A stretch of DNA of 64,000 bases from Eubacteriales bacterium (GTDB lineage: Bacteria > Bacillota > Clostridia > Oscillospirales > CAG-272). The first letter of the stretch is position 1; every line of letters starts with the position of its first letter. The stretch is taken from positions 18,897-82,896 of the forward strand of contig JAZREL010000036.1 in assembly GCA_045660785.1 (NCBI GenBank), read 5' to 3'. Below, one piece after another: positions 1 through 12,108 of the stretch. The notes under the pieces are model-generated. The model was not told where the DNA came from and did not search any database. It worked only from the letters and a program-made list of their open reading frames with translations. A program made the position numbers and the translations under genes.

Positions 1-439
1 CGAAACAAATCTCGGCGAAAACCTTGCAAGAATACTTGACACGTTGGAAATGGACGGCGCTTTGCCAAAGACTATTCTCTATTCCCTTAACCCCAAGGAC
101 AACTACGTGCTTGCAACCCTTATGGGATGCTTCCAAGGCAGTGAGGTGCGTAGCAAGATTCAGCTTGGCTCGGGCTGGTGGTTTAACGACCAAAAGGACG
201 GAATGGAGGAGCAGCTGAAAGCTCTTGGCAACCTTGGCGTGCTTGGCGTTTTCGTTGGTATGCTTACCGACTCACGTAGCTTTGTTTCCTACACACGTCA
301 CGACTATTTCCGCAGAATTCTTTGCAATTTAATCGGCTCATGGGTTGAAAAGGGACTTTACCCGAATGATGAAAAAATGCTTGAAAAGATAATCAAGGGC
401 ATTTCTTACGAAAACGCAAAATCATATTTTGGTTTTTAG
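1..439 (+). CDS. uxaC: Glucuronate isomerase, C-terminal part (5' end outside window)
   Basis: UxaC motifs LPKTILYSLNP, GSGWWFND, FVGMLTDSRSFVSYTRHDYFRRILC and terminal NAKSYF; frame is open to the window edge. Confidence 0.95.
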   Translation, partial: ETNLGENLARILDTLEMDGALPKTILYSLNPKDNYVLATLMGCFQGSEVRSKIQLGSGWWFNDQKDGMEEQLKALGNLGVLGVFVGMLTDSRSFVSYTRHDYFRRILCNLIGSWVEKGLYPNDEKMLEKIIKGISYENAKSYFGF

Positions 440-448
440 TTTTATTAA

Positions 449-550
449 CACCTCATCCGTCAACAGGTTGACACCTTCCCTTGCAGGGCAGCAACCCTTT
501 TGTCGCAAGCGACATTTCCCCTCGCAGGGGAATCACCTCAAGGGGAAGGC
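449..550. repeat. Nested REP-like palindromic repeats (CCTC-hairpin-CCTTCCC/GGGGAAGG type)
   Basis: Outer unit CACCTCATCCGTCAAC-AG-GTTGACACCTTCCC...CTCAAGGGGAAGGC is interrupted by an inner unit CAACCCTTTTGTCGCAAGCGACATTTCCCCTCGCAGGGGAATCAC. Confidence 0.65.
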
Positions 551-556
551 AGTGTC

Positions 557-613
557 GAAAAGATAATCAAGGGCATTTCTTATCAAAACGCGAAGGATTA
601 TTTTAAATTTTAA
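557..613 (+). repeat. Second copy of the uxaC 3' end (alternative C-terminal tail)
   Basis: 557-582 is identical to 383-408 (26 bp); the copy reads EKIIKGISYQNAKDYFKF* versus EKIIKGISYENAKSYFGF*. Confidence 0.9.
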
Positions 614-616
614 GTA

Positions 617-670
617 AATCCCTCCGTCATTTTCTTTCAGAAAACGCCACCTCCCTTTACAAAGGAGGCA
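617..670. repeat. REP-like palindromic repeat, same architecture as 449-550 and 38690-38737
   Basis: ATCCCTCCGTCATTTTCT...AGAAAACGCCACCTCCCTTTACAAAGGAGGC, a two-hairpin layout. Confidence 0.6.
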
Positions 671-674
671 TAAT

Positions 675-703
675 AAAAGCACTTGCAGCCGCAAGTGCTT
701 TTT
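675..703. terminator. Bidirectional intrinsic terminator
   Basis: AAAAGCACTTGC-AGCC-GCAAGTGCTTTT between convergent genes. Confidence 0.8.
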
Positions 704-708
704 GTTAT

Positions 709-1824
709 TTAGAAAGCTGATGATATATCAACAATTTCCCCTGTTATTTTGTTGACTTTATATAAATAAGTGAAATAATCAAATAGTATTTGTTCATACG
801 GCTCGCCCAAGTATTCAGGGTCAAAAAGCACATAATGACAGGACGCATCAACGCCCTCAACTGTTATTGCCTTATAAGCATAGCCATCGGGCAGAGGGTA
901 GATTGTCGAATCATTATAAAAATGCGCACTTGCTATATCTTTTGCCTTTTGTTCTGTTATCGGCTCCAATTTTTCGGGCATATCATTAATTTCGCCGAGA
1001 TCGCGTGGGTTGTAGGCGAGCATACAAGCAACCTGAAAGCGTGGGTCCACAAACACGCTCGGTTGGCTTCTTTGCTGTGTTGCTTTAAGATTGTCGTAAA
1101 CGAGGTAAAGCATATCCCCTGTATAGCTTTCAAGAGTGGTATATTTGCCGCTTCTGTCAAGAATAACGTAATCAGTCATCAGATTATATTCTTTTCCCAT
1201 ATCATTGATTATATCTTCAGTCTTAATTTGTGTCACCTGTGCGCATGAGAAATAATACGATTTTACCTCTCCGTATTCCAAGCATATTGTAGCAGGGTAG
1301 CTTTCAAGTGTTACTATTTCGCCCGTATAGGTAATGGTTACGGTATCGCCCGCGGTTATTTCATCGGGTATCTCAATGCCAAAGCTGCTATTTAATATTC
1401 CGCCGTCAAGAAGCAGCTCGGCAAATGGCTGACCATTTTCATTTTCTATAGCTGACCAGTAAGAATAATTAAATTTGAGCGTTACGGTTTTTTTCATTGT
1501 TATTGGATTTGGATGGCCGCAGCTTATGCAATCTTTAAGCATATTACCGTTTTCGTCTGTATAATTGTGCTCAACGTCTTCGCCTCTGGTTAAGCCACAC
1601 CAAGCGCAGGTTTGCTTGTACTGGCAAAGCTCTTGATTTGTGCCACGCCATAGATGTAAGAGCACGTCACGCTTTTCAGAGCAGATATTGCAGTCAACAT
1701 CGCATTCGTTATCGTATTTGTGGGCGCAGGTGTTTGTGTTTTCCTCTGGCTCACCGCACGAGGAAATAAACGCGCAAAGACACGCGGTTATCAAAACCAA
1801 AGTAAGTATTCTTAATTTTTTCAT
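709..1824 (-). CDS. Lipoprotein with Cys/His-rich N-region, YobA/DUF3221-like core and PepSY-like C-terminus
   Basis: Lipobox ISSC; GDTVTITYTGEIVTLESYPA core; C-terminal ITEQKAKDIA...YKVNKITGEIV; RBS AGGAGG. Confidence 0.65.
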   Translation of the reverse strand: MKKLRILTLVLITACLCAFISSCGEPEENTNTCAHKYDNECDVDCNICSEKRDVLLHLWRGTNQELCQYKQTCAWCGLTRGEDVEHNYTDENGNMLKDCISCGHPNPITMKKTVTLKFNYSYWSAIENENGQPFAELLLDGGILNSSFGIEIPDEITAGDTVTITYTGEIVTLESYPATICLEYGEVKSYYFSCAQVTQIKTEDIINDMGKEYNLMTDYVILDRSGKYTTLESYTGDMLYLVYDNLKATQQRSQPSVFVDPRFQVACMLAYNPRDLGEINDMPEKLEPITEQKAKDIASAHFYNDSTIYPLPDGYAYKAITVEGVDASCHYVLFDPEYLGEPYEQILFDYFTYLYKVNKITGEIVDISSAF

Positions 1825-1868
1825 AAAAGCGTCCTCCTTTTAGGGAATTTTTCCCTTTCACTTAATAT

Positions 1869-1895
1869 GACGGGATTTTGTAGCTCTTGGTTACA
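1869..1895 (-). promoter_or_regulatory. ECF-sigma-type promoter
   Basis: Minus strand TGTAAC-N17-CGTC upstream of the 709..1824 gene resembles SigM/SigW/SigV-type promoters. Confidence 0.5.
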
Positions 1896-1952
1896 TTTTA
1901 TTTGATTTTCTTTAGATTAAAAATGGCTCGCCTTTTGCAAGCCAAATTTATT

Positions 1953-2615
1953 TTATTCACTTACAATTCTTGGGTCGTATGCGAGCATACAAGCAATCGG
2001 CACGGGCATATCGTCGCTATCCTGGTTTATCATTTTTTGCTGATCCACGACAAGATAAAGCTCTTTTCCACTGTAGCTTTCAAGTGAAACAAATCTGCCA
2101 ACCTTATCTATAATTACGTATGATTTTTCAAAATCGTATTCGCTTTTTATATTTTCCGCGTTTATTTCATCGCCCGTTAGGTGGATTACCTCGGCGTACT
2201 TAATCGAATATGATTTTAGAGTGCCGTTTTTGAGGTTTGTCATAGCGGGATATGACTCCTGCGTTACGATTTCGCCCGTGTATTTTATTGTGATAATATC
2301 ACCTGCAACAGCGTCCTCGGGAATATTAACGCTACTAAAGCCGTTCATTAAATAGCTTCCCGCCACGAGAAGGGTGGCAAGCTTTTCGCCCGTTGCGGCA
2401 AGGGTTGTATGGTCATACGCGTACGTAAATTGAAGGTCTGCGGTTTTCGTGCTTCCTTGGGATGAGGGCGGAATTAACGGCAGCTCGTTTTCGCCCGGTG
2501 TTATAGTGTCCGTCCCTTTGTCTGCACCCATTAAATCCTTTATTGTAAGGGAGCAGGATGAGAGCGTTAGCGCAAGTAATGATATTACAAGAAGCAATGA
2601 TAGAAATTTTTTCAT
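1953..2615 (-). CDS. Lipoprotein, paralog of 709..1824 (YobA/DUF3221-like core only)
   Basis: Lipobox LSSC; shares AGDxITIxYTGEIVTxESYPA, LESYxG.xLYLV and ACMLAYxPR with the downstream gene. Confidence 0.7.
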   Translation of the reverse strand: MKKFLSLLLVISLLALTLSSCSLTIKDLMGADKGTDTITPGENELPLIPPSSQGSTKTADLQFTYAYDHTTLAATGEKLATLLVAGSYLMNGFSSVNIPEDAVAGDIITIKYTGEIVTQESYPAMTNLKNGTLKSYSIKYAEVIHLTGDEINAENIKSEYDFEKSYVIIDKVGRFVSLESYSGKELYLVVDQQKMINQDSDDMPVPIACMLAYDPRIVSE

Positions 2616-2660
2616 TTTAATTCTCCTTTTTTGCTTGAGAATGGCTGCGTTGATACCTAT

Positions 2661-2689
2661 ATTTTATCATCGATTTATGATTTTGTCAA
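2661..2689 (-). promoter_or_regulatory. Sigma-A promoter
   Basis: Minus strand TTGACA-N17-TAAAAT with extended -10 TG. Confidence 0.7.
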
Positions 2690-2690
2690 A

Positions 2691-4118
2691 TTATTTGGAG
2701 AGGAATTTAACGACGGTATCGTAAATACGGTCCATTGAGTCGATTTCCATTGTTTCCTTTGGGGTGTGGAGGTCGTGAACGTTTGCACCAACGGAAATTG
2801 CGCTAAGTCCTTCAACGCGTGAGGTGATAACTCCGCACTCAAGTCCTGCGTGAATAAGCGTTGGCTCGGTTTTTCTGCCCGTTGCCTCGTTATACGCGCT
2901 TTGATATTTCAAAACAAGCGGGGAGCAAGCATCATCCTGCCAAGCAGGGTAGCCCTCGTGGTGGCGGTGCTTTGCGCCGACGGCACAGATTAACGCCTCG
3001 AGCTGAGAGGTTGAAAAGTCAAGCCCCTCTTTTGAATATGCGCGTGAGGAGAAGCCAACCTTTATCTCGCTGTTCTCTGTTCTTATTCTTGCCAAATTTC
3101 TTGAAATTGACGGCAAAATCGGCGCTTTATCTCTATATACCAAAACGCCATTGGGAATGGATAAAATTTCGAGTATCTTTTCGGTATCAACCGTGGAAAA
3201 GGTGGACTCTGTGTCTGTTTTTTCGATTTTAACGGTAAGACCCTTGTCCTCGGGTGCAACGACCATTTTCAAAATTTCGCTTATTATTTCGTCCTTTGAT
3301 TTTTCAAGCTTTGCCATATTTTTGGGCACAATTATTGCTTCGCACTCACGGGGAATTGCATTATCCTTGTCACCGCCCGAAATATAGCTGATTGTAAAGT
3401 CGGTAGCGTTTAAGACAAGCTTTAACGTCTTTCCCATTACAATGTGCGCATTCAGACGTCCTCTGTCAATATCCTCACCCGAGTGACCGCCCGAAAGGCC
3501 TGATATTGTGATTTTTACAGCGGCAAGCTCATTTGGCAAGGACGTGCAAGCAAGGGACATATCGGTTCTAACCCCGCCGCAGCAGCCGACAATTACCGTA
3601 TTTTCCTCGGCGGAATCAAGGTTTATCATTTCCTTGGCGCAAACGAGTGAATAGTCAAATTTGGACGCGCCGACAAGTCCTATTTCCTCACTTGAGGTAA
3701 AAAGAAATTCAAGCGGTGGGCAGGAAATTTCCTCATTTTCTAAAATTGCAAGCATTACGGCAACGCCGAAGCCGTCGTCAGCACCCAAGGTGGTGTCGTT
3801 TGCCCTTAATATATTTCCATCTTGAATAAGCTCGATTTCGTCCTTTTCAAAATCGTGCGTGTTTCCTACGTTCTTTTCGCACACCATATCTGTGTGGGCT
3901 TGGAGCATAACTGTGCCTTCCGCCTCTCTGCCCTTTGACGCGTTCTTTTTTATAAAGACGTTATTCCATTCGTCACGGTAGCAAAAAAGGCCTCTTTCCT
4001 TGGCGAAGCTTTCAATATAGCTTGCAATTTCCCTTTCGTTTCCCGAGCCCCTTGGAATTTTTGATATTTCTTCAAAATAATAAAACGGTCTTTCGTTTCT
4101 TATTCCCGTAATTTTCAT
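2691..4118 (-). CDS. pepD: Aminoacyl-histidine (Xaa-His) dipeptidase, M20C
   Basis: IPRGSGNE, LQAHTDMVCEK, TTLGADDG, EEIGL, NLDSAEE, GGHSG, IHAGLECG, HTPKE motifs. Confidence 0.9.
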   Translation of the reverse strand: MKITGIRNERPFYYFEEISKIPRGSGNEREIASYIESFAKERGLFCYRDEWNNVFIKKNASKGREAEGTVMLQAHTDMVCEKNVGNTHDFEKDEIELIQDGNILRANDTTLGADDGFGVAVMLAILENEEISCPPLEFLFTSSEEIGLVGASKFDYSLVCAKEMINLDSAEENTVIVGCCGGVRTDMSLACTSLPNELAAVKITISGLSGGHSGEDIDRGRLNAHIVMGKTLKLVLNATDFTISYISGGDKDNAIPRECEAIIVPKNMAKLEKSKDEIISEILKMVVAPEDKGLTVKIEKTDTESTFSTVDTEKILEILSIPNGVLVYRDKAPILPSISRNLARIRTENSEIKVGFSSRAYSKEGLDFSTSQLEALICAVGAKHRHHEGYPAWQDDACSPLVLKYQSAYNEATGRKTEPTLIHAGLECGVITSRVEGLSAISVGANVHDLHTPKETMEIDSMDRIYDTVVKFLSK

Positions 4119-4209
4119 AATATTTACCGCCTTTTTCAGTTAAATATGATTTTATTTTACCACTCTCGGGCAAAATTGTAAATAGCAAATTAAAACTATT
4201 CGCTTTTAC

Positions 4210-4238
4210 TTGACATCTTATTAATAATATTATATAAT
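4210..4238 (+). promoter_or_regulatory. Consensus sigma-A promoter of the atp operon
   Basis: TTGACA-N17-TATAAT exact consensus. Confidence 0.85.
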
Positions 4239-4283
4239 TATGATAATGTAATTTTTTAGAAAAGCGCTATGAAAGGAGGTCCT

Positions 4284-4719
4284 ATGAAAAAAATCGACCC
4301 TATCGTTTTGAAGGAAACCGGCTTTGTCGCTCTCATTTCCTTTATAATGTGTGTTTTTATGAATGCAATTTTTCTAATAGTTGATTATTTTAACGCTGAC
4401 GCGTGGAGCTGGCGTGTGCTTCTTGGCACGGTAATCGGCTACACCGCCGCGGTTGGCAACTTTTTTATAATGGGGCTTACCGTTGTCAAGGCGCTTTCAA
4501 AGGAAGCAAAGGATGCGGCTAATTTTATTAAGCTGTCTCAAATGGGCAGACTTCTTGTGCTATTCTTAATAGCTCTTGCCGCTTACCTAATTGACTTGTT
4601 CGCATTTGAGAGCTTTAGTGTTGGCTTTATTATCGCGGTTGTGCTTCCTTACACCTTCCCAAGAATCGGAGTTATGCTCCGCCCTCTTGCTTCAAAAATA
4701 AAGCAAAGGAGGAAAAACG

Positions 4720-4730
<11 letters not shown>
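4284..4730 (+). CDS. atpI: ATP synthase protein I
   Basis: Four-TM hydrophobic protein first in the atp operon; start placed after the AGGAGG RBS. Confidence 0.8.
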
Positions 4731-5930
<1,200 letters not shown>

Positions 5931-5946
5931 TAGGTAAATAACAGAT

Positions 5947-6456
5947 ATGTTCACAGAAGAATCATTAAATATTATTTCTGTCAACTTTTTTGCTATCCTT
6001 TTTTCACTTCTTAATCTCGTTATTATTTTCTTAATTGCAAAGTTTTTGCTTTACAAGCCCGTTAAGAAAATGCTAAACGACCGTCAAAAGACTATTGACG
6101 ACAGCTATCAGCGTGCGCGCGATGCCGAAAACGAGGCAAACGAGCATAAGGAAGCGTACGAAAACAAATTAAAGGACGCAAAGGACGAGGCAAATAATAT
6201 TATAACCAACGCCGTTGCCACTGCAAAGGCGCGTGAAAAGGAAATTTTGGCAGGTGCTAAGGACGAGGGCGAGCGTATTGTTATGCAAGCTAAGGAAAGC
6301 GCCGAGCTTGAAATTAAAAAGGCGGAGGAAACAATCAAGGACGAAATCGTTGGCGTTTCCTTTGAGCTTACTGAAAAGCTTTTGACAAGAGAAATCAACG
6401 AAAAGGATCATGAAAGCTTAATTGATTCCTTTATAAATGAAATAGGTGAAGAATAA
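5947..6456 (+). CDS. atpF: F0 ATP synthase subunit b
   Basis: N-terminal TM, LYKPVKKML, long coiled coil; operon position. Confidence 0.92.
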   Translation: MFTEESLNIISVNFFAILFSLLNLVIIFLIAKFLLYKPVKKMLNDRQKTIDDSYQRARDAENEANEHKEAYENKLKDAKDEANNIITNAVATAKAREKEILAGAKDEGERIVMQAKESAELEIKKAEETIKDEIVGVSFELTEKLLTREINEKDHESLIDSFINEIGEE

Positions 6457-6980
6457 TGGCAGATTTGAGTAAGGAATATTCCGCTGCATTATTTTCATTG
6501 GCTATGGAAAACACGCTCGTTGACCGATTTAAGGCCGAGCTTGGACAAATTAAGGACTCAATAGACGAGGACTATATTCTTATATTAAAATCCCCTGCTC
6601 TTAGCTTAGGCGCACGCCTTGATATTATTGAGGAGGCGTTTGGGGGCAGTATGCACGAATATATTGTTTCCTTTGTCAAGCTTCTTTGCGAAAACGGTCA
6701 AATTGAGCTTTTGCCAAATACTATTGACGAATTTTTTGAAATGTGTCACGAGCTTGAAAACCGCGCACACGCAAAAATTTACTACGTAATGGAGCCGAGC
6801 CAATCTCAAAAGGAAAAGCTTGAGATTAAGCTTAGCGAAATGACGGGCAAAAAAATCGACGCGCTTTATATTAAGGACACTTCCTTAATCGGCGGAATAA
6901 AAATTGAGCTTGACGATAAAATTATCGACGGCTCTTTGTCAGCGCGTTTATCAAATATTAAGGGAGTGATTGGTAAATGA
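6456..6980 (+). CDS. atpH: F1 ATP synthase subunit delta
   Basis: YSAALF N-terminus, [22 protein letters not shown]-terminus. Confidence 0.92.
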   Translation: MADLSKEYSAALFSLAMENTLVDRFKAELGQIKDSIDEDYILILKSPALSLGARLDIIEEAFGGSMHEYIVSFVKLLCENGQIELLPNTIDEFFEMCHELENRAHAKIYYVMEPSQSQKEKLEIKLSEMTGKKIDALYIKDTSLIGGIKIELDDKIIDGSLSARLSNIKGVIGK

Positions 6981-8467
6981 GTACACCCCAAGAAATCAGT
7001 AACGTAATTAAATTACAAATAGCAAACTATAAGGAGCGCGCAAAGATGCAGGAAACCGGTAAGGTTATCCTCGTTGGCGACGGTATTGCAAGAGTTTACG
7101 GCCTTGAATCCTGTATGGCAGGCGAGCTGCTCGAATTTGAGGACGGCAGCTTCGGCATGGCACAAAACCTTGAAAAGGAAACCGTTTCCGTTGCGGTGCT
7201 TTCAAACAAAAACAGTATAAAAGAGGGCTCACTCGTTAAAAGAACGGGTAAGGTTTTGTCTGTGCCTGTTGGAGATAAGTTCCTTGGCAGAGTTGTAAAT
7301 GCACTTGGCGAGCCGATTGACGGCAAGGGTCCTATTGAAAATAGCGGCTTCCGTCCTATTGAATCAGAGGCGCCCGGCATTATTGAAAGAAAGAGCGTTT
7401 CTGTTCCGCTTCAGACGGGAATTAAGGCAATTGACAGTATGATTCCTATCGGACGCGGTCAGCGTGAGCTTATCATCGGTGACCGTCAAACGGGTAAAAC
7501 TGAGATTGCAATTGACACTATTATCAACCAAAAGAATACGGGCGTTATCTGTATTTACGTTGCAATAGGTCAAAAGAGCACCTCAGTTGCTCAGCTTGCA
7601 AACGAGCTTACGGTAAACGGCGCAATGGACTACACAATTATTGTTTCCGCAACAGCGGCAGAAAGTGCGCCGCTTCAATATATCGCACCGTACAGCGGCT
7701 GTGCTATGGCGGAATACTTTAGAGAGATGGGCAAGGACGTGCTTATTATTTATGATGACTTAAGCAAGCACGCGGTTGCATACAGAGCTCTCTCCTTGCT
7801 TATCAGACGTCCACCGGGCCGTGAGGCGTACCCCGGCGACGTATTCTACCTACACTCAAGACTTCTTGAGCGTGCGGCTTGTGTTGACGAGGCGTACGGC
7901 GGTGGCTCTATTACCGCTTTGCCTATTATCGAAACGCAGGCAGGCGACGTATCTGCTTACATTCCAACTAACGTAATTTCCATAACTGACGGACAGATAT
8001 TCCTTGAGACGGAGCTTTTCCACTCAGGAATTATGCCTGCTATCAACCCGGGTATTTCAGTTAGCCGTGTTGGTGGCTCTGCTCAGCTTAAGGGTATGAA
8101 AAAGGTTGCAGGTGAGCTTAAGCTTCTCTACTCACAGTACCGTGAGCTTCAAGCATTTGCGCAGTTTGGCTCTGACCTTGATGCTGACACAAAGAAGCGC
8201 TTGGCACTTGGTGAAAGAATCGTTGCTATTTTGAAGCAGGGCAAGAATGCGCCCGTTAGAGTTGGATGTCAGGTTGCGATAGTTTATGCCGCAATCAACG
8301 GCTACCTCGACAAGACTGAGGTTTCACGCGTGCCTGAATATGAAGCTGCACTTTTTGCACTTCTTGAAAACAACCACCAAGCTTGGCTTGAAAGAATAGA
8401 AAACGGTTTCTTTGATGGGGCGGATGAGGAAGCACTCAAATCCATCCTATCGGAAATGCAGGTATAA
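6977..8467 (+). CDS. atpA: F1 ATP synthase subunit alpha
   Basis: [42 protein letters not shown]. Confidence 0.98.
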   Translation: MSTPQEISNVIKLQIANYKERAKMQETGKVILVGDGIARVYGLESCMAGELLEFEDGSFGMAQNLEKETVSVAVLSNKNSIKEGSLVKRTGKVLSVPVGDKFLGRVVNALGEPIDGKGPIENSGFRPIESEAPGIIERKSVSVPLQTGIKAIDSMIPIGRGQRELIIGDRQTGKTEIAIDTIINQKNTGVICIYVAIGQKSTSVAQLANELTVNGAMDYTIIVSATAAESAPLQYIAPYSGCAMAEYFREMGKDVLIIYDDLSKHAVAYRALSLLIRRPPGREAYPGDVFYLHSRLLERAACVDEAYGGGSITALPIIETQAGDVSAYIPTNVISITDGQIFLETELFHSGIMPAINPGISVSRVGGSAQLKGMKKVAGELKLLYSQYRELQAFAQFGSDLDADTKKRLALGERIVAILKQGKNAPVRVGCQVAIVYAAINGYLDKTEVSRVPEYEAALFALLENNHQAWLERIENGFFDGADEEALKSILSEMQV

Positions 8468-8468
8468 T

Positions 8469-9272
8469 ATGGCGAACACGAAAGCACTTCGTGTGCGCAT
8501 TAAAAGTGTTAAATCGACTGAGCAGCTGACAAAGGCAATGGGACTTGTTGCGTCCTCAAAGATAAGACGCGCAAACATTGCTATGTATAAATCAAGAGAA
8601 TACCTAAAATCGCTTGAGGAATCTATTTCTCTGCTTACATCATCACCCGATGCGCAAAAAAGCCCTTATATGCAAAATCGCGACACGTCTCGCACTAAAA
8701 TTATAGTTATCGCAGGCGACAGAGGCCTTGCAGGTGGCTATAACGCTAACGTTTTCCGCATTGTGAAGGAATACGGCGATGCTGATATTATTCCTATCGG
8801 AAAGCGCGCTTGTGATTTTGCTGGTAAGGCAATAAACTCCTCGGAAAAATTCTCGTTTGACGATGCAATGGCGCTATCAAAGGTGCTTTGCTCAGAGTTT
8901 TGCGCAGGTGAATTTGACCGCTTGGGTATTGTTTATACAACGTATCATTCGGTAATGTCGCAGGAAGCGATGATTAAGTGGATTTTACCGCTGACCAAAG
9001 GCGAGGACTCAGGCGATAATGCAGGAATGATTTATGAGCCGGACCACGAAACCGTGCTTAATTTGGTTGCTGCCGAATACGTTGCAGGTGTTATTACCTC
9101 GTTAGTACGCGAGAGCTTTGCCTGTGAGGTGAGTGCGCGCCGTATGGCAATGGACTCAGCAGGTAAGAATGCAAAGCAAATGATAACCGATTTAAGCTTA
9201 CAGTACAACCGTGCAAGACAAGGCGCAATCACGCAGGAAATTACTGAGATTGTGGCAGGTGCCGGTCAATAG
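8469..9272 (+). CDS. atpG: F1 ATP synthase subunit gamma
   Basis: RIKSVKST..LTKAM, DRGLAGGYN, YNRARQGAITQEITEIVAGA; start at MANTK immediately after the atpA stop. Confidence 0.95.
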   Translation: MANTKALRVRIKSVKSTEQLTKAMGLVASSKIRRANIAMYKSREYLKSLEESISLLTSSPDAQKSPYMQNRDTSRTKIIVIAGDRGLAGGYNANVFRIVKEYGDADIIPIGKRACDFAGKAINSSEKFSFDDAMALSKVLCSEFCAGEFDRLGIVYTTYHSVMSQEAMIKWILPLTKGEDSGDNAGMIYEPDHETVLNLVAAEYVAGVITSLVRESFACEVSARRMAMDSAGKNAKQMITDLSLQYNRARQGAITQEITEIVAGAGQ

Positions 9273-9306
9273 CGTGCGGACACATTTGGCGCTCCGCTGC
9301 GCCTAA

Positions 9307-10770
<1,464 letters not shown>

Positions 10771-10771
10771 T

Positions 10772-11035
10772 ATGAAGACCTTTAAGCTAACCGTTTCCTC
10801 GCCCGACGGAAACATTTTTGAGGGTGAGGTTTACAAGCTTGACGTGCGCGGAATCCTCGGTGAGCTTGCAATTATGGCAGGCCACGTTCCATTCGTTACT
10901 GCGGTGAAGAGTGCACCGTGTGCAGTTTGGCTTGATGAGGACACAAAAAAGGAAGCAAGCACTGAGGGCGGGCTTTTGACCGTTGGCAAGGACTCAGCGA
11001 CCTTTATTTCTGGCTCATTTAAATTTAACGAATAA
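10772..11035 (+). CDS. atpC: F1 ATP synthase subunit epsilon (N-terminal beta-sandwich only)
   Basis: LTVSSPDG, GELAIMAGHVP; 87 aa; last gene of the operon. Confidence 0.88.
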   Translation: MKTFKLTVSSPDGNIFEGEVYKLDVRGILGELAIMAGHVPFVTAVKSAPCAVWLDEDTKKEASTEGGLLTVGKDSATFISGSFKFNE

Positions 11036-11040
11036 TTTTT

Positions 11041-11065
11041 GGGAGGACAATTGTCCTCCCTTTTT
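11041..11065 (+). terminator. Intrinsic terminator of the atp operon
   Basis: GGGAGGAC-AATT-GTCCTCCC followed by a T tract. Confidence 0.85.
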
Positions 11066-11181
11066 CTTTAAAATACAGGTGTAATGCCCTGTGCATCACC
11101 ATATCATTTTTTATTTCCCTTCATATTATATTAATGAAGGTTGGAAGAATTCCGCCTTCGAAATTTTGAAAGGAATTTAAT

Positions 11182-12036
11182 ATGGCTCTATTTACTAATC
11201 AAGCGACATTGTCCTACGGCTCAACCGTTACAAGCTCAAATATTGCAGTCGGTGAGGTTTTAGAGGCGCTTTCCGTCACCAAAACCGCAATCAGCGGCAC
11301 GTATGGACAAAACGACACTATCACCTATATTATCAGCTTAATTAACACGGGTTCAACCGCCATAAACGGTTTAACTGTAACAGATAATCTTGGCACTTAC
11401 CCATTCGGCACAGGCACACTTACTCCATTAGTTTTCACAAACGGCGCTGTTCGTTACTATCAAAACGGCGTTTTGGTAGCTCCACCGACAGTAACGGTCA
11501 ACCCAAGCTCCGTTACGTTTAGTATGATTAGTGTGCCTGCAAACGGAAACGCGATTATTGCTTACGAGGTTTCTCTAAACGACTTTGCACCTCTTGGTGC
11601 GGGTGATACGATAACCAACGTAGTGACCGTCTCTGGCTGCGGCATTACTCCCATTACAGCAACTGAGGTTATCACAAGTGAATTAACACCGAGAATAACA
11701 ATCACCAAGTCAATTAGCCCCGTGCCCGTATCAAGCGGCGACACTGTAACCTACACCTTTATTATTCAAAACTCGGGTAATGCGCCTCTTAACGCAACGG
11801 ACGATGCGGTAATCAGAGATTTGTTTAACCCAATTTTAACTAACCTTCAAGTAACCTTTAACGGTGCGCTTTGGACAGAGGGCACTGAATATAACTACAA
11901 CGAAGCAAGCGGCCTCTTCGAGAGTGTGGCGGGCTTTGTAACTGTTCCTGCGGCAACCTATACCCAAGACCCCATCACAGGCGTTATCACATCAACACCC
12001 GGAACAAGCACCCTTGTTATCACAGGCACAATTTAA
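11182..12036 (+). CDS. DUF11 (conserved repeat domain) protein, possibly spore surface
   Basis: Two xTKx...GDTxTYxxxxxNxG repeats, Thr-rich, no signal peptide; mother-cell-type -10 CATATTAT at 11122-11129. Confidence 0.65.
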   Translation: MALFTNQATLSYGSTVTSSNIAVGEVLEALSVTKTAISGTYGQNDTITYIISLINTGSTAINGLTVTDNLGTYPFGTGTLTPLVFTNGAVRYYQNGVLVAPPTVTVNPSSVTFSMISVPANGNAIIAYEVSLNDFAPLGAGDTITNVVTVSGCGITPITATEVITSELTPRITITKSISPVPVSSGDTVTYTFIIQNSGNAPLNATDDAVIRDLFNPILTNLQVTFNGALWTEGTEYNYNEASGLFESVAGFVTVPAATYTQDPITGVITSTPGTSTLVITGTI

Positions 12037-12071
12037 AGCTTTGATATAAGAAATAACAACTAAGCATATTA

Positions 12072-12105
12072 AAAAGGAGAATTTCCATTTGGAAATTCGC
12101 CTTTT
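12072..12105. terminator. Bidirectional terminator
   Basis: AAAAGGAGAATTTCC-ATTT-GGAAATTCGCCTTTT between convergent genes. Confidence 0.7.
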
Positions 12106-12108
12106 ATG

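Noticed and set aside
709-1824. Multiheme cytochrome c (also considered for the 46652 Cys repeats)
   Set aside because: The motifs are CxxC followed by G/E/S, not CxxCH.
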